Shown here: positions 29,817 through 39,560 of the stretch, in pieces
How the letters are laid out: each line of letters opens with the position of its first letter
How positions within the stretch are numbered: the first letter of the stretch is position 1
Assembly (NCBI GenBank): GCA_000991405.1
Contig: LBRL01000002.1
Coordinates: forward strand, 7,583-71,582
DNA length: 64,000 nt
Direction: 5' to 3'
Source: Candidatus Nomurabacteria bacterium GW2011_GWD2_36_14
Lineage (GTDB): Bacteria; Patescibacteriota; Minisyncoccia; Phycocordibacterales; UBA9973
Notes under the pieces: model-generated
The model's input: only the letters and a program-made list of their open reading frames with translations
Told to the model about the DNA's origin: nothing
Databases searched by the model: none
Made by a program: the position numbers and the translations under genes

Positions 29817-30400
29817 TCACTGTCAGAGAAATTTCACCTCCTTCATACGCACTTAGTATATATTTAGGGACCTTAATTAGAGATCTGGGCTGTTTCCCTT
29901 TTGGCTGATGGAGCTTCGCCCCCATAGCCTAACTGCTGTGCTTTTAGCTCTTGGTATTCGGAGTTTGATAGATGTCGCGAGATTGCTCCCTGTCGAAATC
30001 TTCCAGTGCTCTACCCCCAAGAGGAACACACAACGCTAGCCCTAAAGCTATTTCGGAGAGAACCAGCTATTACGAGGTTCGATTAGCTTTTCACTCCTTA
30101 CCACAAGTCATCCGAGACTATTGCACGGGTCACCGGTTCGGACCTCCATCTATCTTTCGACAAACTTCATCCTGCTCATGGCAAGCTCACCTCGCTTCGG
30201 GTCTTATCTAGACTACATTAATTGTTCGCGCTATTAACACTCGGTTTCCCTAAGGCTCCACTGTTCTAACAGCTTAGCCTGCAGCATAGATAAACTCGTT
30301 GGCTCATTCTTCAATAGGCACGCCGTGACGGATCGTATAAATACGTCCGCTCCGACTCCTTGTAAGTATATGGTTTCAGGTCTATTTCACTCCCCTCATC

Positions 30401-30443
<43 letters not shown>

Positions 30444-30651
30444 ATCTAAAAAAGTATTTAGCCTTACCAGTTAGTTCTGGTGGATTCGCTCAAGCTATTC
30501 ATGTCTTGAGTTACTCAAGAATGACAATCAAGAAGGTATGAAATTTTCGATCACCGGGCTATCACCGTCTACGGCACTCCTTTCCAGAAGTTTAATCTAA
30601 TAACATACTTTGTAACTTCTCTAGATAAATCTACATTGTCACCTTACAACC

Positions 30652-30788
30652 CCCGCACACTTACTTTACCATCGTTCTGTTTTTTCAAAACAAAATTTCA
30701 TTATTTTATTATTCTAAATTAACAATATTATTTTTAGTAATACAATTAAAACAGAACAAAAAAAACAATGGCAAAGTAAGTGTGCGGG
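30652..30788 (-). repeat. perfect 16-bp inverted repeat (CCCGCACACTTACTTT / AAAGTAAGTGTGCGGG) enclosing a 105-nt AT-rich loop inside the 23S 5' domain
   Basis: The arms at 30652-30667 and 30773-30788 are exact reverse complements. The loop is below 20% GC, in contrast to the surrounding rRNA. Confidence 0.6.
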
Positions 30789-31258
30789 TTTGGGCTCTTT
30801 CCTTTTCGCTCGCCGCTACTCAGAAAATAAATATTTTTCTCTTTTCCTCAAGGTACTGAAATGTTTTACTTCCCTTGGTATGCTCACTTACGTCAAGCGC
30901 AAGTGTCTCTAAGGGTTACTTAGAGGGGTTTCCCCATTCAGAAATTTCCGGATCAAAGGTTGCTAGGCACCTCCCCGAAACGTATCGCCGCCATGCTACG
31001 TCTTTCATCGCCTTTTTTAGTCTAGGCATCCGCCATATACTCTTAATTTCCTATTAGGAAATCTGAAAACCATCTAGTCCAATCTTTCGAAAGGATTCGA
31101 TTCGATGCAGACATTCGGGAACCGCTTCCTTCGTGTCTACACCATTTAATTATTGTTGTGTTCTGTTTCCGACTCGATTCAAAAGACCCTCTAAAATAAA
31201 GGATAACAGTGAGTCGGAACAGCATTCAGTTTTCAAATATCATGTCGATGTCTAGAAT

Positions 31259-31282
31259 TAAAAAATCCGCCTTCTTGGCGGA
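31259..31282 (-). terminator. rho-independent terminator separating the upstream protein gene from the 23S leader
   Basis: On the minus strand, GTCCGCC-AAGAA-GGCGGA is followed by a TTTTTT run. Confidence 0.55.
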
Positions 31283-31607
31283 CAAAGCGAAACCAATTGG
31301 TCTTACTTTAACCGCTTTTCTTGGTGATTTTTGTTCATTAACATCGTGATTTGAATAGTATACGAAATGAAAAAGAAAGTCAACCCCCACACCCACTTTT
31401 TTATAATTATGTTTTTATCCTTATATATTAAGCTATAAATATACTTTAAAATGAGAAAAATACTGTATAAATAATACAAATTTCGACATAATAAAAAAAT
31501 AAAAAAGTAGGTGTGGGGGCAAGGATTTTAGGAGGATAAACACAAAGGGTCGGCGACAGTAGTCGCCGACCCAAATTATGCTTTAATTTAAATGATTAGT
31601 TATCAAA

Positions 31608-32309
31608 CTATCTTATCCTCGAACAAGAATTATTCCCCTCAGGAAGAAAAATTTTAGAGCAAGATATTTTGTCTTTTTTATTATCTTTCAAAACTTCAAC
31701 TTCAATTACTTTAGCATTTGGCATGACAGGAGCATTAATATCATCAATGGGTTCAAAAATAGAATTGTCACTGCTTAAAACTATTGTTCTAGACCATTGC
31801 CAAGGTATACACATACCAGATCCATCAGTTGGGATATCAATTGCTATTATATCTTCATTATTTAATTTTCCACTTTTCCCAATACTAAAACCGTCTTCAT
31901 CTGTTAAATAAAAATTCGTATTAATTGGAATAACAATATTTTGATGACTAAGTTTAAAATTTATTTTTGTTACAAATGGACAGGTTTCTTTTGTATTAAA
32001 TTGACCTATAGTAAAAGCATTGACTGGATATAATTTTCTATTTTCAATTTTTGAATTAATTTGACTATATATTGAATATATAGAACTTGCTAGTTTAAGA
32101 GTATAAATATTACCTTCTGTAGTCTCTTTAATTTGTTGACTATCATTAACATTTTCTGGATTTTTAACTTCTTTTTTACCTGGTGGAACTTTTGGTCCTC
32201 CGTCTTTAATATATCCTGTCCAATAAATTGCTCCCCCACCGACAACTACTATGCCTAGAACAATTGCCAACACTAGACCAATCCCTATAATGCCCTTGTT
32301 TGTTTTCAT
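31608..32309 (-). CDS. hypothetical membrane-anchored extracellular protein
   Basis: N-terminal TM (GIIGIGLVLAIVLGIVVVGGGAIYW) followed by a soluble domain. Confidence 0.5.
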   Translation of the reverse strand: MKTNKGIIGIGLVLAIVLGIVVVGGGAIYWTGYIKDGGPKVPPGKKEVKNPENVNDSQQIKETTEGNIYTLKLASSIYSIYSQINSKIENRKLYPVNAFTIGQFNTKETCPFVTKINFKLSHQNIVIPINTNFYLTDEDGFSIGKSGKLNNEDIIAIDIPTDGSGMCIPWQWSRTIVLSSDNSIFEPIDDINAPVMPNAKVIEVEVLKDNKKDKISCSKIFLPEGNNSCSRIR

Positions 32310-32366
32310 TTGATTTTAATTAGATTGTTAATATTTAACCTTTATATTATACCATAGAAAAACGGA

Positions 32367-32395
32367 AGAGTCCGCAGGCGAAGCCTGCGGACTCT
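32367..32395. terminator. bidirectional terminator
   Basis: AGAGTCCGCAGGC-GAA-GCCTGCGGACTCT stem-loop flanked by A- and T-runs. Confidence 0.55.
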
Positions 32396-32426
32396 TTCCT
32401 AAAAATTATAATGAAGAAACAATCTA

Positions 32427-33116
32427 CTATTTCGAAGACATATCTTTCGAAATCTTTTGTATTGCACCTGCGGCTGCTTCCTTGCCACCGAGACCAAATG
32501 CTAAACCTCCAGCGATAGCAAGCATAACTACAATACCCATGAAGAGAACTTGCATGAAGTATGTAGCTATTCCTAGCTCTGAGAGAGCAATGATAATTGC
32601 GAAGATCCAGATAGCATACTTGGTAATAGTTCCTAGCATATTTGCAGAAGTTATATTTGCAGCTTTTGAAGAAGCGACAACTAGCTTTTGCATTGTGTCA
32701 GCAAGGATTGTAGCAATGACCAAGACGATAGCAGCGATGATTACCTTTGGCAAGTAGAAGAGAACTGCTGAACGTAGGAAGTCATTGACTTGTGTAAGTC
32801 CAACGATTTGCAATGATGCCATTAAGAATACGATAATGATGAACCACTTTATGATAACTCCGAAGAATTTGCCAATATTGAGCTTGATCCCCATGCGAGC
32901 AAACATCTCTTGTGTTCCTGCACTTTCAAAAAGAGAGTCGAGCTTGATAGCTGTAATAACTTGTGCAATTGCCTTTCCAACAACTGAACCTACTATCCAA
33001 CCAATTATAAATAAAATCACAGCCAATAGTAAGCCGGGAACAAAACTAATAAAACCATACCATAGCTCTAGAAGTGAACCGCTCAATACTGACCCCAAAC
33101 TTTGTATGTATAACAT
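32427..33116 (-). CDS. polytopic membrane protein (conserved-TM-helix repeat type, possibly mechanosensitive-channel related)
   Basis: Repeated amphipathic TM helices and a C-terminal lysine-rich tail. Assignment is weak. Confidence 0.45.
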   Translation of the reverse strand: MLYIQSLGSVLSGSLLELWYGFISFVPGLLLAVILFIIGWIVGSVVGKAIAQVITAIKLDSLFESAGTQEMFARMGIKLNIGKFFGVIIKWFIIIVFLMASLQIVGLTQVNDFLRSAVLFYLPKVIIAAIVLVIATILADTMQKLVVASSKAANITSANMLGTITKYAIWIFAIIIALSELGIATYFMQVLFMGIVVMLAIAGGLAFGLGGKEAAAGAIQKISKDMSSK

Positions 33117-33204
33117 AATAATAAATAAATATTATATAAAAAATAATAAGGTACTTGTAAAGATTCGACCCTTGTGAAGTACCTTATTATTATACCATAT
33201 ACAA

Positions 33205-33831
33205 TTACTTTTTAGATACGTATGTGGATAACTGCCCATTGTCTATAATCCTCTCATGGGGTAAGTCTATAATGTCGCAAACGAGCTTGTCGTACATATC
33301 TATACGGTATTTGAATTCTTGCGAGTCTAGGACTACATAGTCGAGCTCTTTACCTATCTCAGACTCTAAACCTTTAATAATCTGCTGGATTATATTCTTC
33401 TTAAGCTTGTCCCCTACTATTAGTATGTCTACCCTGCTCTTGTCGCTACCGATGAAGATACCCGATACGATCATAAGCTTGATCTTGCCTATCTGCTTGA
33501 AACGCGCAGGTAAGTCCTCACGAAGGAGAAGTGAAGGATCGACAAGTAGATCGCGGATAGAATCTATATAAGGGAAGGATGCATCCAGTTGCCATGCTGG
33601 CACCTTCTTCTTGGCCCCACGTGCTCCTTCGTGCGTAACGAACTTTTGCTTTATGAATCCCATCGCCACTAAAGCATTCACCTCCTTGCGAGAGTTAGCT
33701 TTGGTAACTCGACTACGACTTACGACCTCCTCTATCTCAAACATACTATTATGATTTAATAAAAATAGGCGCATTATTTTGACTCGTGCCTGACCCCCGA
33801 ATAGCTTTGCTAGTGTTTCCATAAGCGCCAT
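33205..33831 (-). CDS. hypothetical protein
   Basis: The ORF-track start at 33858 falls inside a terminator hairpin, so M10 (MALMETLAKLF...) was used instead. No recognised family. Confidence 0.4.
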   Translation of the reverse strand: MALMETLAKLFGGQARVKIMRLFLLNHNSMFEIEEVVSRSRVTKANSRKEVNALVAMGFIKQKFVTHEGARGAKKKVPAWQLDASFPYIDSIRDLLVDPSLLLREDLPARFKQIGKIKLMIVSGIFIGSDKSRVDILIVGDKLKKNIIQQIIKGLESEIGKELDYVVLDSQEFKYRIDMYDKLVCDIIDLPHERIIDNGQLSTYVSKK

Positions 33832-33847
33832 TATACGCCAACAAAAA

Positions 33848-33876
33848 GCACCCTGCAAGCTTCGCTTGCAGGGTGC
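33848..33876. terminator. terminator downstream of rplL
   Basis: GCACCCTGCAAGC-TTCG-CTTGCAGGGTGC stem-loop with flanking A- and T-runs. Confidence 0.6.
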
Positions 33877-33893
33877 TTTTAATGAGTATTTTA

Positions 33894-34289
33894 TTACTTT
33901 AATGTAACTTTAGCACCGGCTGCTTCAAGCTTCTTCTTGAAGTCTTCAGCATCTTCTTTCTTCATAGCTTCCTTAAGAACTGAAGGGGCACCGTCTACTA
34001 GATCCTTTGCTTCTTTAAGTCCAAGAGCTAGAACTTCTTTCACAACTTTCATAACTGCAATCTTCTGCTCACCTGCTCCTGTAAGTTCTACAGTGAAGGC
34101 ACTCTTCTCTTCTCCTGCCTCTGCTGCTGCTCCACCTGTTGGTGCTGCTGCAACTGCTGCTTGAGCTGATACTCCAAACTTCTCTTCTAATACTTTTACT
34201 AGTTCGTGTAAATCAAGAACTGACATTGCTTCGATAGTTGCAACGATGTCTTTGAATTTTGCAGGAACTGCTGTTTTTGTTTCTTCCAT
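33894..34289 (-). CDS. rplL: 50S ribosomal protein L7/L12
   Basis: N-terminal dimerisation helix, an Ala/Gly-rich hinge, and a C-terminal domain reading [53 protein letters not shown]. Confidence 0.9.
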   Translation of the reverse strand: MEETKTAVPAKFKDIVATIEAMSVLDLHELVKVLEEKFGVSAQAAVAAAPTGGAAAEAGEEKSAFTVELTGAGEQKIAVMKVVKEVLALGLKEAKDLVDGAPSVLKEAMKKEDAEDFKKKLEAAGAKVTLK

Positions 34290-34314
34290 AAAATTAATTT
34301 AAATTAAATAATAA

Positions 34315-34800
34315 TTACTTTGTGTTTGCGACTTGTTCTAGAACACTTGCAAAACGTTGTATTGGTGAATTGATAATATTGACGAACATACCACGCAAAG
34401 TTTGCATTGGTGGGATAGTTGCAATTCCAAGCATTTCTGAAGCAGACATATATCTACCCTCAAATACTCCTCCAACGATTGCGACATTCTCTTTGTGTCC
34501 CTTTTGGAAACCAAAGATTCCACGTGCACTAGCTAGTAAGTCAGTACTATAAGCGACAGCTATCTGTCCAGGCATCTCTGGAGCCTCCCCTGTAATTCCA
34601 AAGGTGGCCAAAGCACGCTTGAGCAAAGTTTTCTTTGCTACTACATACCCGACTTCTTCCGTCTGTAAACTACGACGTAAGGCATTGTTGTCGGCTACTG
34701 TCAATTTATCGAACTTCACAAAAACAACGGATTTAGCATCTTTAAGTGCGCCTTCTAATCCAGCCACAAGTTCTTTCTTTTTTTCTAATGTAATTGGCAT
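34315..34800 (-). CDS. rplJ: 50S ribosomal protein L10
   Basis: MPITLEKKKELVAGLEGALKDAKSVVFVKFDKLTVADNNALRRSL is typical of L10, and the gene sits immediately upstream of rplL. Confidence 0.9.
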   Translation of the reverse strand: MPITLEKKKELVAGLEGALKDAKSVVFVKFDKLTVADNNALRRSLQTEEVGYVVAKKTLLKRALATFGITGEAPEMPGQIAVAYSTDLLASARGIFGFQKGHKENVAIVGGVFEGRYMSASEMLGIATIPPMQTLRGMFVNIINSPIQRFASVLEQVANTK

Positions 34801-34810
34801 TTGTTTTAAA

Positions 34811-34844
34811 TAACTTTAAAAATAAAAAATGGCCCTTTAGGGCC
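34811..34844 (-). promoter_or_regulatory. L10-leader-like attenuator hairpin immediately upstream of rplJ
   Basis: On the minus strand, GGCCC-UAAA-GGGCC is followed by AUUUUUUAUUUUU and lies about 20 nt before the rplJ ATG. Confidence 0.45.
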
Positions 34845-34942
34845 GTTGCGTAGACAATTCATATATATGAATTGCTTTCGACCTCGGTAGGACTTATAAA
34901 TGCCTACTTTCTACGGCTACAAAACTATACTATCAAATAATC

Positions 34943-35080
34943 CTATTTTGTCAAATTCACACCAGCAGTATTCGAGCTAGTATCGACTTTCATTGAGTCG
35001 ATAACAACCAACGAAATAAGCCCCAGAAGTATAACCCCCGAAAAAGCCAATATAACCTTAATAGAACTTTTGTTTATCAT
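34943..35080 (-). CDS. small putative membrane peptide (45 aa)
   Basis: Manual translation gives MINKSSIKVILAFSGVILLGLISLVVIDSMKVDTSSNTAGVNLTK. It lies in the rplJ upstream region and is below the ORF-track cutoff. Confidence 0.25.
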   Translation of the reverse strand: MINKSSIKVILAFSGVILLGLISLVVIDSMKVDTSSNTAGVNLTK

Positions 35081-35119
35081 ATATATAATATATCATATTT
35101 AGATTAAAATTTAAAATTA

Positions 35120-35539
35120 TTATAACCATTCGCTTACTCCCCCATGATGTGAACACGTTCCTCTTCTACTTTGACTAAAACTATATGTTCCGTCTCCACA
35201 TCTAGCTGAAGCACCAGAAGGTACTGAATTAGAATATGCGGGAGAATGAACTTTATTACCAGCTGTATTTGTATAATAATTGTTGTTTGAAAGAGTATTT
35301 GTTACTGGTACTGGAGTAGGAGTTTCAATTGCCTTATATACGTTGGCATTTAGATTAGAAGTATTATAAGTAGGAGTTGTAGATGTTGTACTTTTTACCT
35401 GTGTACTTTGATTATCACCTCCACTTATTAAAATTACAAATCCAATTATTGCTATCACCCATAAAACACTACTCCTCTTGTACCAAGGTTTTTTATCTTC
35501 TGGCTGATTATTTAAAACATTATCTGTATTATTCTCCAT
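35120..35539 (-). CDS. DUF3761-like exported protein
   Basis: N-terminal TM or signal, an Asn/Thr-rich linker, and a C-terminal CGDGTYSFSQSRRGTCSHHGGVSEW motif characteristic of DUF3761. Confidence 0.55.
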   Translation of the reverse strand: MENNTDNVLNNQPEDKKPWYKRSSVLWVIAIIGFVILISGGDNQSTQVKSTTSTTPTYNTSNLNANVYKAIETPTPVPVTNTLSNNNYYTNTAGNKVHSPAYSNSVPSGASARCGDGTYSFSQSRRGTCSHHGGVSEWL

Positions 35540-35742
35540 ATATTAATATTATACTAAAAGTAAAATAAAAACTATATTATTATAATACACCCAATTTAAT
35601 ATAATTGTAATTACATCACTACAAAATAAGGTCTATTTCAAATCTATATTAAATTGTTTTTAGATGAGCTATAGAGTATAATGGTTAGGTAAACTTTCTA
35701 TATGATTTTTTTGTTTTTTAAAGAAATAGTAGTTAGAATAAT

Positions 35743-36567
35743 ATGCCTAATAAAAAATTCACAAAAAAACAGCTCGAAAATACTTTATTTGAGGGTGATT
35801 GTTTGAAGGTAATGTCTAAATTCCCCGATAATAGTATCGATATGATTTTATGTGATTTACCTTATGGAACTACACAGAATAAATGGGACAGTGTAATCCC
35901 TTTAGATATTTTATGGAAAGAGTATGAAAGGATTATAAAAAAAAATGGCGTGATTGCTTTAACTTCTCAAGGAGTTTTCACTGCTCAACTAATAATGAGT
36001 AATCCAATACTATTTAAATATAAACTTGCTTGGATTAAATCTAAAGCAACGAATTTCTTAAATGCAAAAATTCAACCATTGAGAAAATATGAGGATATCT
36101 GTATTTTTTACAGAAATCACATTTATCAACCAACATATAACCCACAAATGAGTATTGGTGAGCCATATAACAAAGGACATAGAAAAAATCAGTTAACTGG
36201 TAGTTATGGAGATTTTAGTTCAACAGAAGTTAAAAGTGATGGACAAAGATATCCTAGTGATGTTATATATTTCAAGACAGCTGAAAGTGAAGGAGAGGTT
36301 TTTCATCCTACACAAAAACCTATTGAACTTGGGCAATACTTAATTAGAACATATACAAAAAAAGGAGAACTAGTTTTAGATAATACATCTGGTAGTGGTA
36401 GTTTTCTTGTTGCTTGTGCTTTAGAAGGTAGAAATTTTATAGGAATAGAGTTAAATAAAGAAACTGTATTACACCACCACAAGAAAGTTAATTTAATTAC
36501 GGTCACTAAAAATCGTATAAAAAAAGTTTTACCTAAAATAAAAATAAAAGTATATGCCAACAATTAA
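35743..36567 (+). CDS. DNA methyltransferase, beta-class amino-MTase (N6-adenine or N4-cytosine), RM companion
   Basis: Motif IV DLPYG precedes motif I (LDNTSGSGSF), and a FHPTQKPIEL motif is present. The gene overlaps the downstream gene by 14 nt. Confidence 0.8.
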   Translation: MPNKKFTKKQLENTLFEGDCLKVMSKFPDNSIDMILCDLPYGTTQNKWDSVIPLDILWKEYERIIKKNGVIALTSQGVFTAQLIMSNPILFKYKLAWIKSKATNFLNAKIQPLRKYEDICIFYRNHIYQPTYNPQMSIGEPYNKGHRKNQLTGSYGDFSSTEVKSDGQRYPSDVIYFKTAESEGEVFHPTQKPIELGQYLIRTYTKKGELVLDNTSGSGSFLVACALEGRNFIGIELNKETVLHHHKKVNLITVTKNRIKKVLPKIKIKVYANN

Positions 36568-39316
36568 CTACAACGAAAGAAGTTGGGCTATTGATTTAAT
36601 TAGTGAAATTAACCTATGGGCTTCTGGAAAAAATGTATCTATAAAAAGAGCAGGTGGAGAAAATACCCTAAAGGAAAATAAAAAATCTCTTTTTCCTGAT
36701 GTCTTACTCTTTGGTGACGAACAAAAAGGACGAATTGTTCAGGGTTGGGAACTAAAAATGCCTGATACTGATATTGATGATACAGAATTTATATCAAACG
36801 CGAAAAAGAAAGCTGAATTACTTTCTCTTAACAGTTTTTTACTTTGGAATGTATCAATAGCTATCCTTTATAGGATAAAAGAAGACGGAACTCTTGAAAA
36901 AATTAAAAGCTGGGATGGTTTATCTCATATTCGTACAAGAGATGAAGTTGAAAGAAATAGTGCTTCTATTAAGATAGAACTGCATAAAATACTTAATGAT
37001 CTGAATAATTTTATTCAAAATGGTGATATTAAATCTAAATCAATTTTAGAAGTATTAAATAGTGAGCAAGTATCAAACTTAATAAACAGAAATCTTGGAA
37101 CTTATATTGCTTCAATAAAAAATGAAGCTATAAGTAATGCAAACATAGAAGCAGAAATAGATTTATGGTGGCGATATGCAAAAAATGACTATCCAGAAGA
37201 AGAAGACAAATATGTTGTTTTGGCACGAGTTAATCTTCTTTACCTTATAAACAAGTTTTTATTTGCTCACATTTTAAAATCTTACCAAGAAGAAGCTAGT
37301 CGCATAGATAAGATTAACGAGGGAACATCGCTAAAGGAAGGTTTAGCTATCTTTCAATCAATAAGTGAGAAAGTCGATTTTTGGAATATATTTCAAACAC
37401 AACCTTTTGAAACATATATATCAGAAGAAATATGGAATGATATGGTTGATTTTAATGGTTTTCTTAAGTCATTTAACTTTCAAAACATTGAGAAAAATCT
37501 TCTTCACGATTTGATTGGATACACAGTTTATAGAAACAAAAGAAAATTTGCTGGACAATTTACCACTCCTGATGAATTAGCAAAGCTTATGGTTGGGCTT
37601 ACTATTAAAAATAAAAGAGGAGTTGCTTTAGATCCTTGTTGTGGTAGTGGTACTATTGCACGAGAAATCTTTTTAGAAAAGAAATCGGTATTGGGTATTG
37701 AACAAGCACTTGATACAACTTGGGCAAGCGACAAGTTTGCACTTCCATTACAGATGACAATGTTTAATATGGCTGACCCAGAAGCTATGGGTAAAATAAT
37801 TCAAGTATTTAAAGAAGATGCAACTAAATTAGAAACTGGAAAATTATTAGAACTGCGAGACCCATTCAATGGGAAGTTAATAAAAAAGAAAATACCACCA
37901 TTTGATTATATAATTTCTAACCTTCCTTTTGTAAGACAAGAGGATTTAGAAGTGCTTAATCCAGACGCTCCTAAAATCAATACCTTTATTGAAGAAAAAC
38001 TAGGATTAAACACTGCACTAGATGGTAAAAGTGACCTATATGCATACTTGCCTTTTTATTTTTGGAAGATATTAAATAATGACGGAGTTTTAACTTTTAT
38101 TATTTCTAATTCTTGGTTAGGAACAAAATGGGGTGAAAGATTTTATGATAACTTAAATGCTTTTTATAAAATTGAAACTGTAATAATTTCTGGAAATGGT
38201 AAATGGTTTGATAATGCAGATGTTGTGACTAATGTTGTTATATTAAAGAAAAGATTAGTTCCTATCGTTGATGAAGAAAGTAAAACAAAATTTGTTGTGA
38301 TTAAACAAGAACTTAAGAAGCTCACTAAAGAACAAACGAAAGAAATGATGGCAGTAATTTCATTAAGAGATAGAGCTGATGAAAATGATGTTCTGATAAA
38401 TAGTTATTCTTATAAAGAAATCAAAAACCTTAGGGGTTTTGGATTAAATCTAAATAGTTTATTTACAGACAATAATTGGATTACCTCTTTTAAACCTTTT
38501 TTAATTAACGTATCATCATTATTTGAAATTGCCCGTGGGGAAAGAAGGGGGTGGGATCCATTATTTTATCCTACTGATAATAATTCAATAGAAGAAGAGT
38601 TCTTAAGGCCAGTTTTAAAAACACCTCGTTCGATAGATAATTTAGTTACGAAGCCAGATGCTTTAGCATTTTGTTGTACAAAAAGCATTGAAGAATTAGA
38701 AAATGATGGTAAAACTGGTGCATTAAGTTGGATTAGAAATTTTGAAAATAAAACAAATAAAAAAGGTAAATTACTTCCTATTGTATTGAAAAAAGCCAAC
38801 ACAAATTGGTATACAATGAAACCAGACACAATGGGTGAGATTGTTACTAGTATCAATTTTGGTGATAGATTATTTTTTGCTAAATTTAATGAACCAACTT
38901 TTGTAAATCAGAGATTAGTGCGTTTCACTAGAAAAAACATCAGTACAAACATACAACTATGTCACGCTTTGTTAAATAGTATATTAGGGCTTTTCTATAT
39001 TGAAGCATTGGGTACTGGTCGTGGACAAGGAGTTTTAGATATGAGCAAAGATAAATTAGAAAATGATTTAGAAATGCTTAATCCAGAGTTATTTAATGAA
39101 ACTCAAAAAACAGATATTCTAGCAAAATTTGAAATAATAAAACGAAGAGATATTTTAGATATCGAAAAAGAGCTAGAAGAGGAAGATCGTAATGCTTTTG
39201 ACAATGCAATTTTAGATGCAATTGGTTTATTAGACAAAAAAGAGAAAATAAAAAAAGCTTTATTAGAACTTTATAAGATTAGAAGTTCTGTTAAAAAAAC
39301 TTTTAATGTCATATAA
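36554..39316 (+). CDS. Type IIG restriction-modification enzyme (N-terminal PD-ExK endonuclease, central gamma-class N6-adenine MTase, C-terminal target-recognition region)
   Basis: PD...ELK nuclease motif (FPDVLLFGDEQKGRIVQGWELK), motif X FTTPDELAKLM, motif I LDPCCGSGTIA and motif IV IISNLPF. At 920 aa it is comparable to MmeI/Eco57I-class enzymes. Confidence 0.75.
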   Translation: MPTINYNERSWAIDLISEINLWASGKNVSIKRAGGENTLKENKKSLFPDVLLFGDEQKGRIVQGWELKMPDTDIDDTEFISNAKKKAELLSLNSFLLWNVSIAILYRIKEDGTLEKIKSWDGLSHIRTRDEVERNSASIKIELHKILNDLNNFIQNGDIKSKSILEVLNSEQVSNLINRNLGTYIASIKNEAISNANIEAEIDLWWRYAKNDYPEEEDKYVVLARVNLLYLINKFLFAHILKSYQEEASRIDKINEGTSLKEGLAIFQSISEKVDFWNIFQTQPFETYISEEIWNDMVDFNGFLKSFNFQNIEKNLLHDLIGYTVYRNKRKFAGQFTTPDELAKLMVGLTIKNKRGVALDPCCGSGTIAREIFLEKKSVLGIEQALDTTWASDKFALPLQMTMFNMADPEAMGKIIQVFKEDATKLETGKLLELRDPFNGKLIKKKIPPFDYIISNLPFVRQEDLEVLNPDAPKINTFIEEKLGLNTALDGKSDLYAYLPFYFWKILNNDGVLTFIISNSWLGTKWGERFYDNLNAFYKIETVIISGNGKWFDNADVVTNVVILKKRLVPIVDEESKTKFVVIKQELKKLTKEQTKEMMAVISLRDRADENDVLINSYSYKEIKNLRGFGLNLNSLFTDNNWITSFKPFLINVSSLFEIARGERRGWDPLFYPTDNNSIEEEFLRPVLKTPRSIDNLVTKPDALAFCCTKSIEELENDGKTGALSWIRNFENKTNKKGKLLPIVLKKANTNWYTMKPDTMGEIVTSINFGDRLFFAKFNEPTFVNQRLVRFTRKNISTNIQLCHALLNSILGLFYIEALGTGRGQGVLDMSKDKLENDLEMLNPELFNETQKTDILAKFEIIKRRDILDIEKELEEEDRNAFDNAILDAIGLLDKKEKIKKALLELYKIRSSVKKTFNVI

Positions 39317-39516
39317 CTATAATTACATTACATCCATTGATTATTTGGTGTAAATAAAAAACCGTAGGAGAGAATTGCTACGGCAACTAAAAAGAAAAAT
39401 AAATATTTTTTACTGGATCTTATACAAAGAAGAAAAGAGCAAATATTTGTTTTTTTCATTTTCAAATTATACAACTTAATAAAACTCTGTGTCAAAGAAA
39501 AGGGTGGATAACTTTT

Positions 39517-39560
39517 CAAAAAGAGGGGGTGCAGGCAAAGCCTGCACCCCCTCTTTTTAT
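39517..39560. terminator. strong bidirectional terminator between the RM gene and the toxin gene
   Basis: AGAGGGGGTGCAGGC-AAA-GCCTGCACCCCCTCT is a 15-bp stem with an A-run on one side and a T-run on the other. Confidence 0.7.

Noticed and set aside
33223-33231. Perfect DnaA box TGTGGATAA inside a CDS
   Set aside because: It is isolated, lies within the coding sequence of the 33205-33831 gene, and has no accompanying box cluster, so it is probably a chance occurrence.
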